Assembly (NCBI GenBank): GCA_963775895.1
Contig: CAVZKL010000017.1
Coordinates: 1 to 64,000, forward strand
DNA length: 64,000 bases
Reading direction: 5' to 3'
Origin: Candidatus Bathyarchaeota archaeon
GTDB taxonomy: Archaea; Thermoproteota; Bathyarchaeia; Bathyarchaeales; Bathycorpusculaceae
Below are positions 10,871-21,288 of the stretch, piece after piece. The translations under genes and the position numbers were made by a program. The notes beneath the pieces are model-generated. The model searched no databases, had not been told where the DNA came from, and worked only from the letters and a program-made list of their open reading frames with translations. Each line of letters begins with the position of its first letter. The first letter of the stretch is position 1.

Positions 10871-13784
10871 TCAACCGATCTTCGTCTGACTCTCTTTGTC
10901 TTCCCAATAGGCTCTTGTTCGCAAGTACTGAATCTTCGCCTTCAAAAGATCCATGTAGAATTCGTCCTCCTTCACGTGCATTTTACCGAGAATTCTCGAA
11001 GCTGTCTCAGGACCAACCCCCTTGACTTCCATGGCCACGATCGCTTTTTTTCCATAGCTCAGCGCTAAGTCGGCCTCGCGTCTCGCATGCGTGAGTTCCT
11101 TCAATTCCTCCTCGGTGACTTCTTTGCCCTCGTGCCTCTTTTTCCAAGTGTCACGCAAACGATTCAAATCTTGGCTTGGATAGAGAACTGCAAGGAGTCT
11201 CGACCCACATTTCTGGCATGCAGGTTGCTCAGCGAGATTTCTCACCTTCTCTTCGAGGGACCAGTTGCCGCAGGACATGCAGAAAACCTTCACAATTCGG
11301 GCTTCAATTGCCTTTTTCATCCTGTCGATGTTACTCAACAGTAACCGTTCGGGTGCCATCAACTCAGACATGTCTGAATACTTGAACAAAATGTGATAGG
11401 CCAGCGGCGTGGGTTTGTCAACACTGCAGAAAGTGCTAACCCTTATTTTGCCGCATCTGACGTGATGCAATATTCCTTTGGCTCTCTTCATATCGACTTT
11501 TTCAACCATAGCTTCCCGCAGAGTCTCGTCATAAATGGGCGTTCTGTCGAATCTGCTGGGAAGATGACTTAGCCTTTCGTAGCTCATTGTTTTCCCGCGT
11601 GGCAACGCTCCAAATCTTTCGGCCACGAACTTCATTTTGTAGGAGAAGGGAAACTTGGCCTCCATGTAGTCTTGGAAAGCTTTGTCCACTTCCTCCCCTG
11701 TCAAATCGAACAGTCTTGACGTGATCCTCATCACTTCTGGGCATGTCATTTTTCTGGGTGTTTCAATCAGTATACGGTAACCGTCATTCCACCAGCCGAC
11801 TATCATTTCTTCTTTTGAAAGAACAGCGTCAAAAATGCTGCCTAGTGTACGGTTCACGAGTTCGCCAAATGAAGCGTGAACTATCAAGTACTTGTCAAAG
11901 GATTCCACAACTATGTGGTTGTTCGTCGGTAGGGGAGCTCCAATCTTCAGTTGTTCCTCGACCTCTTTCACGGTATCGAGTAAATGCCTTCTTGTCGGTT
12001 GCGAATCTCGGAGCAAGTGCTTCTGCAGTTGCCTCAACGCCTGGAGTTTTCTGAAGTTGCTCTGCGATTCGTTCACGTAACTTTCCGGTTTCGTTGGCCA
12101 GGTCAAAAGGAACGGGAAGCATTTCGCCGTCCCATCCTGGAATAGCAGCCATAGGGTCCTCTGAGGGAACAACGTAGACGTTGCCTGTTTCTTCTTCTAT
12201 CTGGACTATTCTCCAGACTCTACCTCTGACGATAATGTTTAACCCCACTCGGGCTTTCAATGCCATGAACTCGTCGCCTAGAGTTCCGATTCTTCTGTCA
12301 GAAATCACGTTAATGATGGGATAGCGCACCTCGTCAGGTATCATCGATAGATTCCCGTAGTAGTAGCTCCTCGTTTTTCGGTTCATTTTCAGGACTTTGC
12401 CTTCTTCCTCAACCCTTATGTTGCCTAGACGAACTAAAAAATCTACCAGGTCCAAGAAACTTTCAAGTGAGAAATTCCTGTAAGCGTACGCCTGCTTAAC
12501 CATCGTCAGCAGATCTTCTGATTTCACAGAGTTCCTGTCCATTGCCACTCCTGCAACTTGGTGCGCTAGTACATCCAGCGCGTTTTCGTGAATCGACACA
12601 GGTTCAAGTCTGTTCTTGTACGCATTTTTCACAGCCGCGATTGATTCTAGCGTGTCATCTGGGAAAGCCGTTATTATCACGCCCTCCGAGAATGTGTCCA
12701 GACGATGACCACTTCGCCCCACTCTCTGTATCAGACTGCTGACCTGCCTCGGAGAAAGGTATTGGATCACAAGATCAACACTTCCAATGTCAATGCCCAG
12801 CTCCAACGTGCTCGTGCACACTATCGCTTTCAAATTGCCCGTTTTGAATTCGTCTTCGATCTGTGCACGCTCTTCTTTTGATAATGAACCGTGATGAACG
12901 GCGATATCGTTGCGTTCGAGTTGGTGAAATCTGTAACCCAACATTTCGGCGATGGTTCTGGCGTTCACGAATATGAGAGTCGATTTGTGACTGTCGACCA
13001 GTTCCAGCATGCGCCTAATTCTTGCGGCAGCTTCAGGCGAAGTGTCAAGTTTCGCAGCAAGATCGTAATCTGTTGCAGTCGGGGTGGGGTTTTCAACGTG
13101 GTACTTGTATTCTTTGAAAAAGGAGGCTTCTATGACTTCAATGTCTCTTTTTGAACCCGCGATGAAACGCGCCACTTCATCGGGGTTGCCGACGGTAGCA
13201 GACAAGCCTATTCTCTGGAATTCCTTGCCAACTAGTCCGCGAAGTCTCTCTAGAGCTAAAGTCAGTTGGACACCACGCTTGCTTGATGCAAGCTCATGGA
13301 CCTCATCTATGACAACGTGGCTAACGTTGGACAAGTGTTGTCTCATGCGCGTGCCTGGCAGAATGGCTTGAAGTGTTTCAGGCGTAGTTACAAGCACCTC
13401 GGGTGGAAACAGGGCTTGTCTTCGGCGCAGTTTGAGTTCGGTGTCGCCGTGTCTGACTTCGATAGAAATGTCCAGTCTTGAAGACCAGAAAGACAAGCGT
13501 TTCAGCAGATCACGGTTCAGAGCTCTCATAGGTGTGACGTAGATTACGCATATTCCTTTCCTGTTTGCTTTTTGAACGAGTTTTGAGAAGATCGGTAGAA
13601 GCACTGCTTCGGTTTTGCCGCTTCCGGTAGGTGCGATTAGAAGAATATTCTCTCCTCTGAGGATGTGGGGAATGGCCATCCGCTGTGGGAGTGTCGGTTC
13701 GGTGAACCCGAGTTCTGACAGAGAACGACGTATGGGCTTGGCCAGAAGATCGAAAGGCCCGTTATCAGAGTTCTGAACGTGCAT
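10871..13784 (-). CDS. lhr: Lhr family SF2 helicase (frameshift near 11970)
   Basis: APTGSGKT, DEVH, GLSAT, HHGSLS, LELGIDIG, QRVGRSGH; C-terminal Zn ribbon and HhH. Confidence 0.92.
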
Positions 13785-13826
13785 TTTCGTAATCCAATGT
13801 TGATGGGTTGCTCAAGGCTTTATTCC

Positions 13827-14612
13827 TTATCCAGTGACTAGTGGACAGGAAAGAATGAGGCCGGCGTCTTCGTGGTATCCTATCGTGACCTTCTCTTTGA
13901 ACCTGCCTTTCTTGATTATTTCGTCGAACTCTTGTATCACAGGCTTTCTCCTTGAGCAGAAAATGAGTTCGCCTCTGTCGTTCTTCCAGACCACGAGCCC
14001 CCTTGTTCTTTTCTTGTGTATCAAATGAACGAACGAGTTCTCCTCGCCTAACTGAAGAATGGCAAGTGCATTTGGCCCTTGCAAGCTGCAGAAGTAACTG
14101 TAGAGTGCTTTCGTCACGTCCTCTGTCTCGCTGACCATTTCTTCAAAGAAGTGAGGAACGACTTCTGAATCGATGAGCCCAAACTTCTCTGATTCAAACA
14201 CGTGATCCGAACCTAGATTTGCTCTGATCTCTTTGTAGTTCTCCATCTTGCCGTTGTGAACGGAGACGACTGTCAACTCCGGATTTCTTGCCACTATGTA
14301 GGGCTGCGCAGTTTCGATATGACGGGCTGTTTTCATGAATTCTGGACTCGGCATTCTAACGTGTCCAAGCAGCACCGATGTTTTTTCCACATCAACCATT
14401 TCAGGTAGCCTCTTGGCTGGTGATCCGTCGATCTGCCCGAGCTTCTTCACCAACACGTTGCCATCTTCGAGAAGAACCGCCACTCCAGCTCCATAACCTC
14501 CAAGGGGTAAGGGTTCCTCTGGGAGCTGGTCAACCTCCAATTTCTGAAGGATTCTGAAAGCCTTGTCCATTCGGACGGTTTTCTTCAATGAAAAGCCGAA
14601 TATTCCACACAT
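13827..14612 (-). CDS. Stand-alone class II glutamine amidotransferase (Ntn hydrolase)
   Basis: MCGIFG N-terminal Cys, LGHVR, VHNG, DSEV. Confidence 0.8.
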   Translation of the reverse strand: MCGIFGFSLKKTVRMDKAFRILQKLEVDQLPEEPLPLGGYGAGVAVLLEDGNVLVKKLGQIDGSPAKRLPEMVDVEKTSVLLGHVRMPSPEFMKTARHIETAQPYIVARNPELTVVSVHNGKMENYKEIRANLGSDHVFESEKFGLIDSEVVPHFFEEMVSETEDVTKALYSYFCSLQGPNALAILQLGEENSFVHLIHKKRTRGLVVWKNDRGELIFCSRRKPVIQEFDEIIKKGRFKEKVTIGYHEDAGLILSCPLVTG

Positions 14613-14764
14613 TCAGGTCATTCCCTGCAACAATTCTGGACTTGAGAAAAGCTGTTGCTTGCTGTTTAAAACTCTTATCGTTTCAGGTCATGGGACCGTG
14701 AAATCTCCACTAACGCAAGTTCAGCAACCGAAAGGCTGAAATTTCAAGAAGATGACACCTTAAA

Positions 14765-14831
14765 TGGACTATGACGAAATCGAGGTACGGGAACGCTATG
14801 CGGATGACCTCTTTTTCCGCTTCTGAGTCCA
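14765..14831 (+). ncRNA. C/D box sRNA candidate 1
   Basis: Terminal stem TGGACT/AGTCCA, C box ATGACGA (14771), D box CTGA (14823). Confidence 0.7.
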
Positions 14832-14849
14832 CTTAAAATTGATTTCTTC

Positions 14850-14917
14850 GGACATATGAAGACAATCGAGGTACGAGTACGCTTTTGCGGATGACATCTT
14901 TTTCCGCTCCTGAGTCC
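14850..14917 (+). ncRNA. C/D box sRNA candidate 2 (paralog of 1)
   Basis: Stem GGAC/GTCC, C box ATGAAGA (14856), D box CTGA (14910); guide segments shared with copy 1. Confidence 0.7.
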
Positions 14918-15017
14918 AGAACAGAATGACTGCTCTCCTTCCTTGAATTACGAGACAAAATAATGTTTGAGCGCGTCACTTATGGTAGGATGATTAAAGA
15001 AAGGGGAGGGGAGAAGG

Positions 15018-15245
15018 CTACCGTTGTGGTGTTCCGCTGATGTAGGCCCAAACGCTGACTAAGACGAGTGTTAGACAAGCTCCTGCGAATCCTGAAAGCA
15101 GGTATCTGGCGTTCAGGAAGGCAGGTAACAGTTGTACGAGTGCTGGAATTGCGTAGGTGGAGGCCAAGTCTGCGATGACGCCTGCGAAGAAACCTAGGAT
15201 AGCGACAAAGACGAAAACCTTTAACCTTTCGCCCATTTGATTCAC
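15018..15245 (-). CDS. Small two-TM membrane protein
   Basis: 75 aa with two hydrophobic helices, divergent from the cdv operon. Confidence 0.7.
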   Translation of the reverse strand: MNQMGERLKVFVFVAILGFFAGVIADLASTYAIPALVQLLPAFLNARYLLSGFAGACLTLVLVSVWAYISGTPQR

Positions 15246-15406
15246 CTTTTGGTTAGCAAATGAATTCAGCCGCTTTTTAGTTTAACTTACACGTTTTCTG
15301 TCTATTCTCGGAAAAGGGGACACATTGGCTTTTAGTTGGAAAATTAAAGCCCAAAGCCGCCCTGACTCGGACATATACTCCTACATGTATACGTGCATGT
15401 TCTAGT

Positions 15407-15417
15407 CATGTTAACAA
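15407..15417 (+). promoter_or_regulatory. CATGTTAACAA putative cdv regulatory box
   Basis: Palindromic TGTTAACA core, 48 nt upstream of cdvB start; identical copy upstream of the second cdvA-like gene. Confidence 0.45.
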
Positions 15418-15465
15418 TGCATAAGATCGTTTTACGCGACTTGTGTTTTTCAGGAGGTAATTAAT

Positions 15466-16140
15466 TTGTCAGAAAGGTTTAGCAAAAAGTGGGAATCGAG
15501 AAGAGACGAACAACCGCTAACAAACCGCGTCAAAGATGCAGTTAGGCCACCGGGTCCTCTGAAACCAAGATTGGACTTCGCCGTTCGACGCATAGAATTG
15601 CAGGTGCAGAAGCTGGATCAGGCTACGGAGAGATTCTCCCAAAGAGACAAGACAATCTTTGCAAGAATAGTCGATGCTTACACCAAACACGATACGTCAC
15701 GAGCAAACGTCTTCGCAAACGAATTAGCCGAAATTCGCAAGATGGAAAGACTCATCATAAATGCCCGACTAGCGCTTGAACAAATAGTGTTAAGATTACG
15801 CACCGTTTCAGAGCTTGGAGACGTAGTATCCACACTCGGACCAGCAGTCAGCGTATTGAGATCGGTCAAGACGGGCCTCGTAAGCGTCTTCCCAGAGGCC
15901 GAAAGCGAACTTGGCGAAATCGGCAACATGCTCAGCGGCATAATGATCGAAGCTGGACAAGGCTCCTCAGGAATGACACTAAGTTTCGACAGCGTAAACG
16001 AAGATGCAGCCAAAATTCTCACAGAAGCTTCAACAGTTGCAGAGCAAAGAATCAAAGAGAAGTTCCCAGACCTGCCACCAGGAATCCCAGGACTACCAAC
16101 AGCCCCAGTGAGCGAAAAATCGACTACAGAGAGTTCCTAG
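15466..16140 (+). CDS. cdvB: ESCRT-III / CdvB1/2-like Snf7 protein
   Basis: Snf7 core RANVFANELAEIRK...ALEQIVLRLRT; Pro-rich FPDLPP tail; GGAGGT RBS. Confidence 0.9.
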   Translation: MSERFSKKWESRRDEQPLTNRVKDAVRPPGPLKPRLDFAVRRIELQVQKLDQATERFSQRDKTIFARIVDAYTKHDTSRANVFANELAEIRKMERLIINARLALEQIVLRLRTVSELGDVVSTLGPAVSVLRSVKTGLVSVFPEAESELGEIGNMLSGIMIEAGQGSSGMTLSFDSVNEDAAKILTEASTVAEQRIKEKFPDLPPGIPGLPTAPVSEKSTTESS

Positions 16141-16152
16141 ACTCGGAGTTGA

Positions 16153-16878
16153 ATGACTATGTCTCAAAACTCCAATCTTTTTCTTTCCGTCGGAAAACAA
16201 GTGAAAGATGAATACGGATGCCCAATAGGAAAGATCGCGTCTTTTGCAGTAACTCCAAGTGGAAAATTCGAATCTGTCTTCATTGAATTAGGCAATGGAC
16301 GATTCTCAAAACATTCTACCGAGCACCTGAAGATCGATGGTGCTGACATAACACTAGTTTCAAACATCAAGGCTCAAGCAGCTATTCTCAGTGATCAATT
16401 GCCTCTGATCTGGCGAAAGGACCAAGCTTTGAAGGAGCTTACGGACAAGAAGAAGATTTCCAGAGAACTCTACTCTGAGTTGCACGCTGGCTTCGAAGGT
16501 TTGTTGACGCAACTGAAGACAGAAGCTCAGGCTCTAATGGAGGACATAGACGACCAAACCGCAAGATGCATCGATGAAATCAAAGGTTTGAATTACGCTT
16601 TCGTCAACCTCGAAATCGAGCATGAAATCGGAAAGATCGACAACCAAAACTATGAAATCGCATTCGCGATGATTCAAGCGAACCTCAAAAGAATCAACAA
16701 CGAAAAGACCGACCTGGAACTTACAAGAGGCAAACTTTCCAACATCGTGCTAGGTGAGTCTAGTAAGATCAGAGGAGTCGAAATGCCCAGAGCGCCAAGC
16801 GCGGTTCCATCAGCTCCAGAGCTACCTGAACCACCAGTAGTCGTTTACGTGAAAGAAATCGGGAAGACCGGTATCTAA
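16153..16878 (+). CDS. cdvA: Cell division protein CdvA
   Basis: GKQVKDEYGCPIG PRC barrel, coiled coil with LEIEHEIGKI, C-terminal PPVVVYV ESCRT-III-binding strand. Confidence 0.88.
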   Translation: MTMSQNSNLFLSVGKQVKDEYGCPIGKIASFAVTPSGKFESVFIELGNGRFSKHSTEHLKIDGADITLVSNIKAQAAILSDQLPLIWRKDQALKELTDKKKISRELYSELHAGFEGLLTQLKTEAQALMEDIDDQTARCIDEIKGLNYAFVNLEIEHEIGKIDNQNYEIAFAMIQANLKRINNEKTDLELTRGKLSNIVLGESSKIRGVEMPRAPSAVPSAPELPEPPVVVYVKEIGKTGI

Positions 16879-16912
16879 GACTGAAACGAGAGAGTGACGC
16901 GCGGAGGGACCG

Positions 16913-17815
16913 TTTATCAAAGGCTTTATTCGTCCGCGCCCTCCGCCGTTTCGAGAGACCGTTAATCAATCCATTCAGACTCTAAGAGTGCAGCAAGGCA
17001 AACTCGGACTTGCAACTCATAGACTCAAAGAGCGAGACAGAGTTCTCTTCCAAACGTGTGTCAACGCTCTGAAAAACAAGAACAGAGACAAGGCCTCAAT
17101 ATGCGCGAACGAACTCTCTGAAGTGCGGAAACTGATACAATTTCTGTGCAACGTCGAACTAGCGATAGAACGCGTCGTTCTGAGGCTTGAAACAATAAAA
17201 GAGCTCAGCGAAATAGTTGTCGACCTCAAACCCGCTTTGAGATTATTGCAAGGCGTGTCCCAAGAACTCATGTCAGTACTGCCTGACGTTTCATCAGAAT
17301 TAGACCTAGTAAAAGACACGATAAGCGAAACTCTGTATTCAACGAAATTGACAGCGGATGAATCCACAATTCCCGTTGAATGCAAAACAGTCGGTGGACA
17401 AGAGATACTGAAAGAAGTCTCGTGCTATCTTGAACAGAAAATTGCTGAGAATCTGCCAGAGCCTCCGGCCACTTCAAAGGCTTCCGAAACTGAACACAGT
17501 GCAATAAGAGAAATGGTGGCGCTTGCTTCCGACATTGCAGAAGCCACGGGCAAAAAGTCCGTTGAGTCTTCTCAAAAAGATTCCTCTCAAACCCTCTTTT
17601 CTTATAAGAAAGCGGAGATCAAGGAGATCTCCCTAAAGGTCGAGAATCGAGACTTGGAGGACATCCTCCTCGATTACGTCAAGAAGAGTAATGGACAAAT
17701 CGACATGACGAGATGTTCAGTCGATTTGGAAACCTCAAATGAGGAGATAGAAAAGGCCCTACAAAACTTGGGGTCGAAAGGTAAGATAAAGATTGAATTG
17801 AATACAGGAGAATGA
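16913..17815 (+). CDS. cdvB: ESCRT-III CdvB with C-terminal winged helix (start uncertain)
   Basis: Snf7 core, LPEPP MIM2-like motif, wH tail ILLDYVKKSNGQID...GKIKIE; frame open upstream to 16898. Confidence 0.88.
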   Translation, partial: FIKGFIRPRPPPFRETVNQSIQTLRVQQGKLGLATHRLKERDRVLFQTCVNALKNKNRDKASICANELSEVRKLIQFLCNVELAIERVVLRLETIKELSEIVVDLKPALRLLQGVSQELMSVLPDVSSELDLVKDTISETLYSTKLTADESTIPVECKTVGGQEILKEVSCYLEQKIAENLPEPPATSKASETEHSAIREMVALASDIAEATGKKSVESSQKDSSQTLFSYKKAEIKEISLKVENRDLEDILLDYVKKSNGQIDMTRCSVDLETSNEEIEKALQNLGSKGKIKIELNTGE

Positions 17816-18999
17816 ACACGTTGAGTGCTTCATCAGAACTTGAAAAATCCGCAACCAATTATGCGTTGGAAGCGGTGCGCTTGGACAAGCATGGCTCTAA
17901 GGGCCTGGCGATAACCATGTATCAGAAGGCCATCGAAAATCTTCTTCAGCTTGTCCAACTTTATCCCGAATACAGTCTCAACAAGGTCTATGTGCAAAGA
18001 GCCATAGCCTATCAGGAACGAATAAAGGCGATTCAAGGTGCCGTCAGTCCCCGTGAAATGCCCCATGTCACGGAGACAAAAAATGGGGATTCCGAAGTGG
18101 AACCCAAGAACGGTGATGGTAGCAAGTCCACCTACGAAGAATTGATTCTGACAGAGAAGCCGAATGTGAAATGGGAAGAAGTTGTCGGCCTCGACCCTGC
18201 TAAAAAAGCTGTCAAGGAAGCAATAATCTATCCTGTTCAGAGGCCAGATCTGTTTCCGCTGGGCTGGCCGCGTGGCATTCTTCTCTTCGGTCCACCCGGA
18301 TGCGGAAAAACACTGTTGGCGGCAGCCGTAGCTACCGAGATTGACGCAACCTTCCTCTCCATCGACGCAGCTTCAGTCATGTCCAAGTGGCTCGGTGAGG
18401 CAGAGCAGAACGTCGCCCGATTATTTGGCAATGTCAGAAAATCTGCGCAGGAAGGAAAACCAGCGATAGTCTTCGTCGACGAACTGGATTCGCTGATGGG
18501 TAAACACTCGAACGAGGTCGGCGGCGAGATACGCGTTCGCAATCAGTTTTTGAAAGAAATGGACGGAATCGTGGACAAAGGCAAGAACCTCCACGTCTAC
18601 GTGATAGGTGCGACCAACAAACCGTGGGACTTGGATTGGGCTTTCATAAGAAGGTTTCAGAAGAGAATCCTGGTTCCTCTACCGGATCATCACACTCGAT
18701 TGATGATGTTCAAACTGTACACGGTCAATCTTCAGTTGGCCCCAGACGTTGACTTGCATGAACTCGCAAGGCTCTCCGAGGGCTTCTCAGGAAGCGACAT
18801 CAGGGACGTAAACCAGTCTGCACAATTGAAACTAATAGGCGAATTCTTTGAATCCGGAAAGGCCAGTGACAAAATGGCGAAGCCTCGTGCGTTGACGATG
18901 GAGGATTTCAGGCAGATACTAGAAGATAGGAAACCAAGCGTGTCCCTTGACATGTTAGCCCTGTACAACCGATGGTTCGACGCCTTCAAAGCTCTCTAA
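17812..18999 (+). CDS. cdvC: Vps4-like AAA ATPase CdvC
   Basis: N-terminal MIT domain, GPPGCGKT, SKWLGEAE, VDELD, ATNKPW, RRFQKR. Confidence 0.95.
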   Translation: MNTLSASSELEKSATNYALEAVRLDKHGSKGLAITMYQKAIENLLQLVQLYPEYSLNKVYVQRAIAYQERIKAIQGAVSPREMPHVTETKNGDSEVEPKNGDGSKSTYEELILTEKPNVKWEEVVGLDPAKKAVKEAIIYPVQRPDLFPLGWPRGILLFGPPGCGKTLLAAAVATEIDATFLSIDAASVMSKWLGEAEQNVARLFGNVRKSAQEGKPAIVFVDELDSLMGKHSNEVGGEIRVRNQFLKEMDGIVDKGKNLHVYVIGATNKPWDLDWAFIRRFQKRILVPLPDHHTRLMMFKLYTVNLQLAPDVDLHELARLSEGFSGSDIRDVNQSAQLKLIGEFFESGKASDKMAKPRALTMEDFRQILEDRKPSVSLDMLALYNRWFDAFKAL

Positions 19000-19138
19000 A
19001 GGAGGATGACACAAAAAGGCGTGTTGAAGTGCGGGGTGGAAAGGTTTGGAGAGTCATAACGTACTTTTACCAATCTCCTTTCTCCCATCTCCCCCTCAAT
19101 TAATCTCTCCAGACCCCACAACCCAGCGCCAACACGAC

Positions 19139-19675
19139 TCATGTCACAACTCTTCTTGAAACAAGTCTTTCCACAAGGTCCACAAGCTTCTCGGGCTCTT
19201 TCAAAACGTCCACGTAAGGAGCCTGGTTGTTCGATGGAACCAAACCGTAAGATCCGGTGAAAGCCAATATCGGCTCAAAAGTCTTCAAGCTTTCTGCGAA
19301 TTGTTGTTCAGAGTTCACTACGACTATTTTGTAAACCCTGTTGTTCTTAGCCACACGATCCTTGAAACCTTCCAGGAAGACCAAGTTGCATGTTCTGCAT
19401 TTTCGCAGGATTTCCGCAAGAGGCTTTTTTCTAAGATCTATCTTTTCTATCGTCGCGATTTCGCATGCCGACACGGCTATGACTGTTGTGGCTCCAGACT
19501 GCGCGTACTTCCATGTATCTTTTCCTTCTTTATCAATCGTAAAATCCTGTTCTGGGATGTGTTTTACGGCGGCGATTTTGTATCCTTTCTTTGCGAGATG
19601 TTTGATCAGTATTTCTATCGTCCTTGTTTTTCCGGATTTCTTGCCTCCCACGACTGCTATGACAACAGGCTTCAT
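19139..19675 (-). CDS. mobB: Molybdopterin-guanine dinucleotide biosynthesis protein B
   Basis: VVGGKKSGKT, AVKH, DKEGKDT, LEGFK. Confidence 0.9.
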   Translation of the reverse strand: MKPVVIAVVGGKKSGKTRTIEILIKHLAKKGYKIAAVKHIPEQDFTIDKEGKDTWKYAQSGATTVIAVSACEIATIEKIDLRKKPLAEILRKCRTCNLVFLEGFKDRVAKNNRVYKIVVVNSEQQFAESLKTFEPILAFTGSYGLVPSNNQAPYVDVLKEPEKLVDLVERLVSRRVVT

Positions 19676-19688
19676 GTTCGTATCCCTC

Positions 19689-20186
19689 CTACTTCATCTC
19701 TTCTTCGAATGCTCTTTCGAGTTTCGCCCGGTCCATGTGCAGTCTTTCTGACAGATCTTTCACCCATCGAACGTACGTTCTGAAAAGATCTTGCAGTATC
19801 TCTGCCTTTTCTGCTTCTTTGAGGTCCTTTTCTTCAGCAAGTAAAAGTGCAAACCATCTCCCAGCGTCGGTCAGCCTGTAAGTCTTGATCCACGTAATTC
19901 TTCCCTTCATCTGGGCTTTTTCCATGTTTTCGTCCAGAATTCTGAGTTTTGTTAGAGACTTGAGGTTTTCAATAACCGTTTTGTTTGAATACGTCAGTCT
20001 TTTGACAAGATCTTTCTGATAGATTTTTCTGGATATGCCCTGCCTCAAAGAGAACTTCAGTATGTCAACGGCTGCTTTAGAGCCGAAGATCGCGCTCAGG
20101 ATTCTGGTCTTGTGTTCGGCTGGAAGGAAAACTACATAGGGATGTGAACTCTCATCCACACTGTTCACTTCAATCTGCTCTGACAC
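19689..20186 (-). CDS. Winged-helix protein / putative regulator
   Basis: YQKDL...YSNKTVIENLKSL...YRLTDAGRW. Confidence 0.65.
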   Translation of the reverse strand: MSEQIEVNSVDESSHPYVVFLPAEHKTRILSAIFGSKAAVDILKFSLRQGISRKIYQKDLVKRLTYSNKTVIENLKSLTKLRILDENMEKAQMKGRITWIKTYRLTDAGRWFALLLAEEKDLKEAEKAEILQDLFRTYVRWVKDLSERLHMDRAKLERAFEEEMK

Positions 20187-20229
20187 TGGCGTGTCTTAAA
20201 CGTTTTGCAATTCTGCAATAGGTTTTTTA

Positions 20230-21288
20230 ATGTTTCAGTCTCATTCTTCCGCGGTGCTTGGGACGAACTTGAAGAATTGGGTTCCTGAGGACGGGGACAC
20301 CTTCGAAACCGGTGATGGCTTCATTTTCAACGTCTTTGGATACGAACATCCTGAGAATCGAGTTTTTGCCTTTCTGAAATACATACCGGCAAAGTTCAAG
20401 ACCTTGTTCAGCATCAATTATCTTGAAAACGCGTGGAAATACGAAGGGCAGCAAGTTTTTCGAGCTGAGAAGCTCTACACCGCCTATAACTATCAAAGCT
20501 TCCTTGCAACCTTCAGAACCAGTTTTCCAGATTACGTCTACTTCTGCCCTTTCAGAGGAAAAGAAGTCATAAGCTCGCCCGTAGGCTCAATACGACGGGT
20601 CTACGATCCAAAGGAATGTCTAGATCGTTTAACCAAAGTTCATGAAAGAGACAGTCTTCAAGAATCGGCACTCAGCTTGGTCAAACTTCTGTCTGATGAA
20701 TCTGATGTTGGAGTCGACGATTTCGGGCTTCACGGTTCAATCGCACTGAACATGCACACGTCAAAGTCAGACATCGACTTGGTTGTCTATGGGGCGCAGA
20801 ATTTTCGGAGGTTAGAAGCGGCGATAGACCGTCTAGTCAAGAGTCGAAGGCTCAGTTATGCGTCAAAGAATCGAATCGAAGCAGCTAGGCGATTCAAGGG
20901 AAAATACGAAGGCAGAATTTTCATGTACAACGCCGTCCGAAAACCCTATGAAATCAACTCCAAATATGGCCTGTTCAAGTACTCCCCAATTTCTCACATC
21001 CAGTTTACCTGCAGCGTAAGAGACGACTCGGAAACCATGTTTCGCCCAGCGATCTACAAAATCGAAAACTACGAACCTGAGTCTGCAGCATCCAAACTTG
21101 GCAACGAAGTAACTCCGCACGCTGTGGTTTCGATGATAGGATGCTATCGAAACGTCGCATGCAACGGCGATAGAATCCGCGTTTCAGGAACACTTGAACG
21201 TGTGGAAAACGTCGAAACAGGAGAGATCCATCATGAGGTCGCCGTTGGCACGGGAACTAGCGAGGATGAGCGGATTTGGCCGATTTGA
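20230..21288 (+). CDS. COG1665-like nucleotidyltransferase, paralog 1
   Basis: DGD..ET.DGFIFNVFGYEHP; FGLHGSIAL...SDID; C-terminal OB-like domain. Confidence 0.75.
   Translation: MFQSHSSAVLGTNLKNWVPEDGDTFETGDGFIFNVFGYEHPENRVFAFLKYIPAKFKTLFSINYLENAWKYEGQQVFRAEKLYTAYNYQSFLATFRTSFPDYVYFCPFRGKEVISSPVGSIRRVYDPKECLDRLTKVHERDSLQESALSLVKLLSDESDVGVDDFGLHGSIALNMHTSKSDIDLVVYGAQNFRRLEAAIDRLVKSRRLSYASKNRIEAARRFKGKYEGRIFMYNAVRKPYEINSKYGLFKYSPISHIQFTCSVRDDSETMFRPAIYKIENYEPESAASKLGNEVTPHAVVSMIGCYRNVACNGDRIRVSGTLERVENVETGEIHHEVAVGTGTSEDERIWPI

Noticed and set aside
14765-14917. CRISPR mini-array
   Set aside because: Only two imperfect units, no cas genes; C/D boxes and terminal stems explain the repeat
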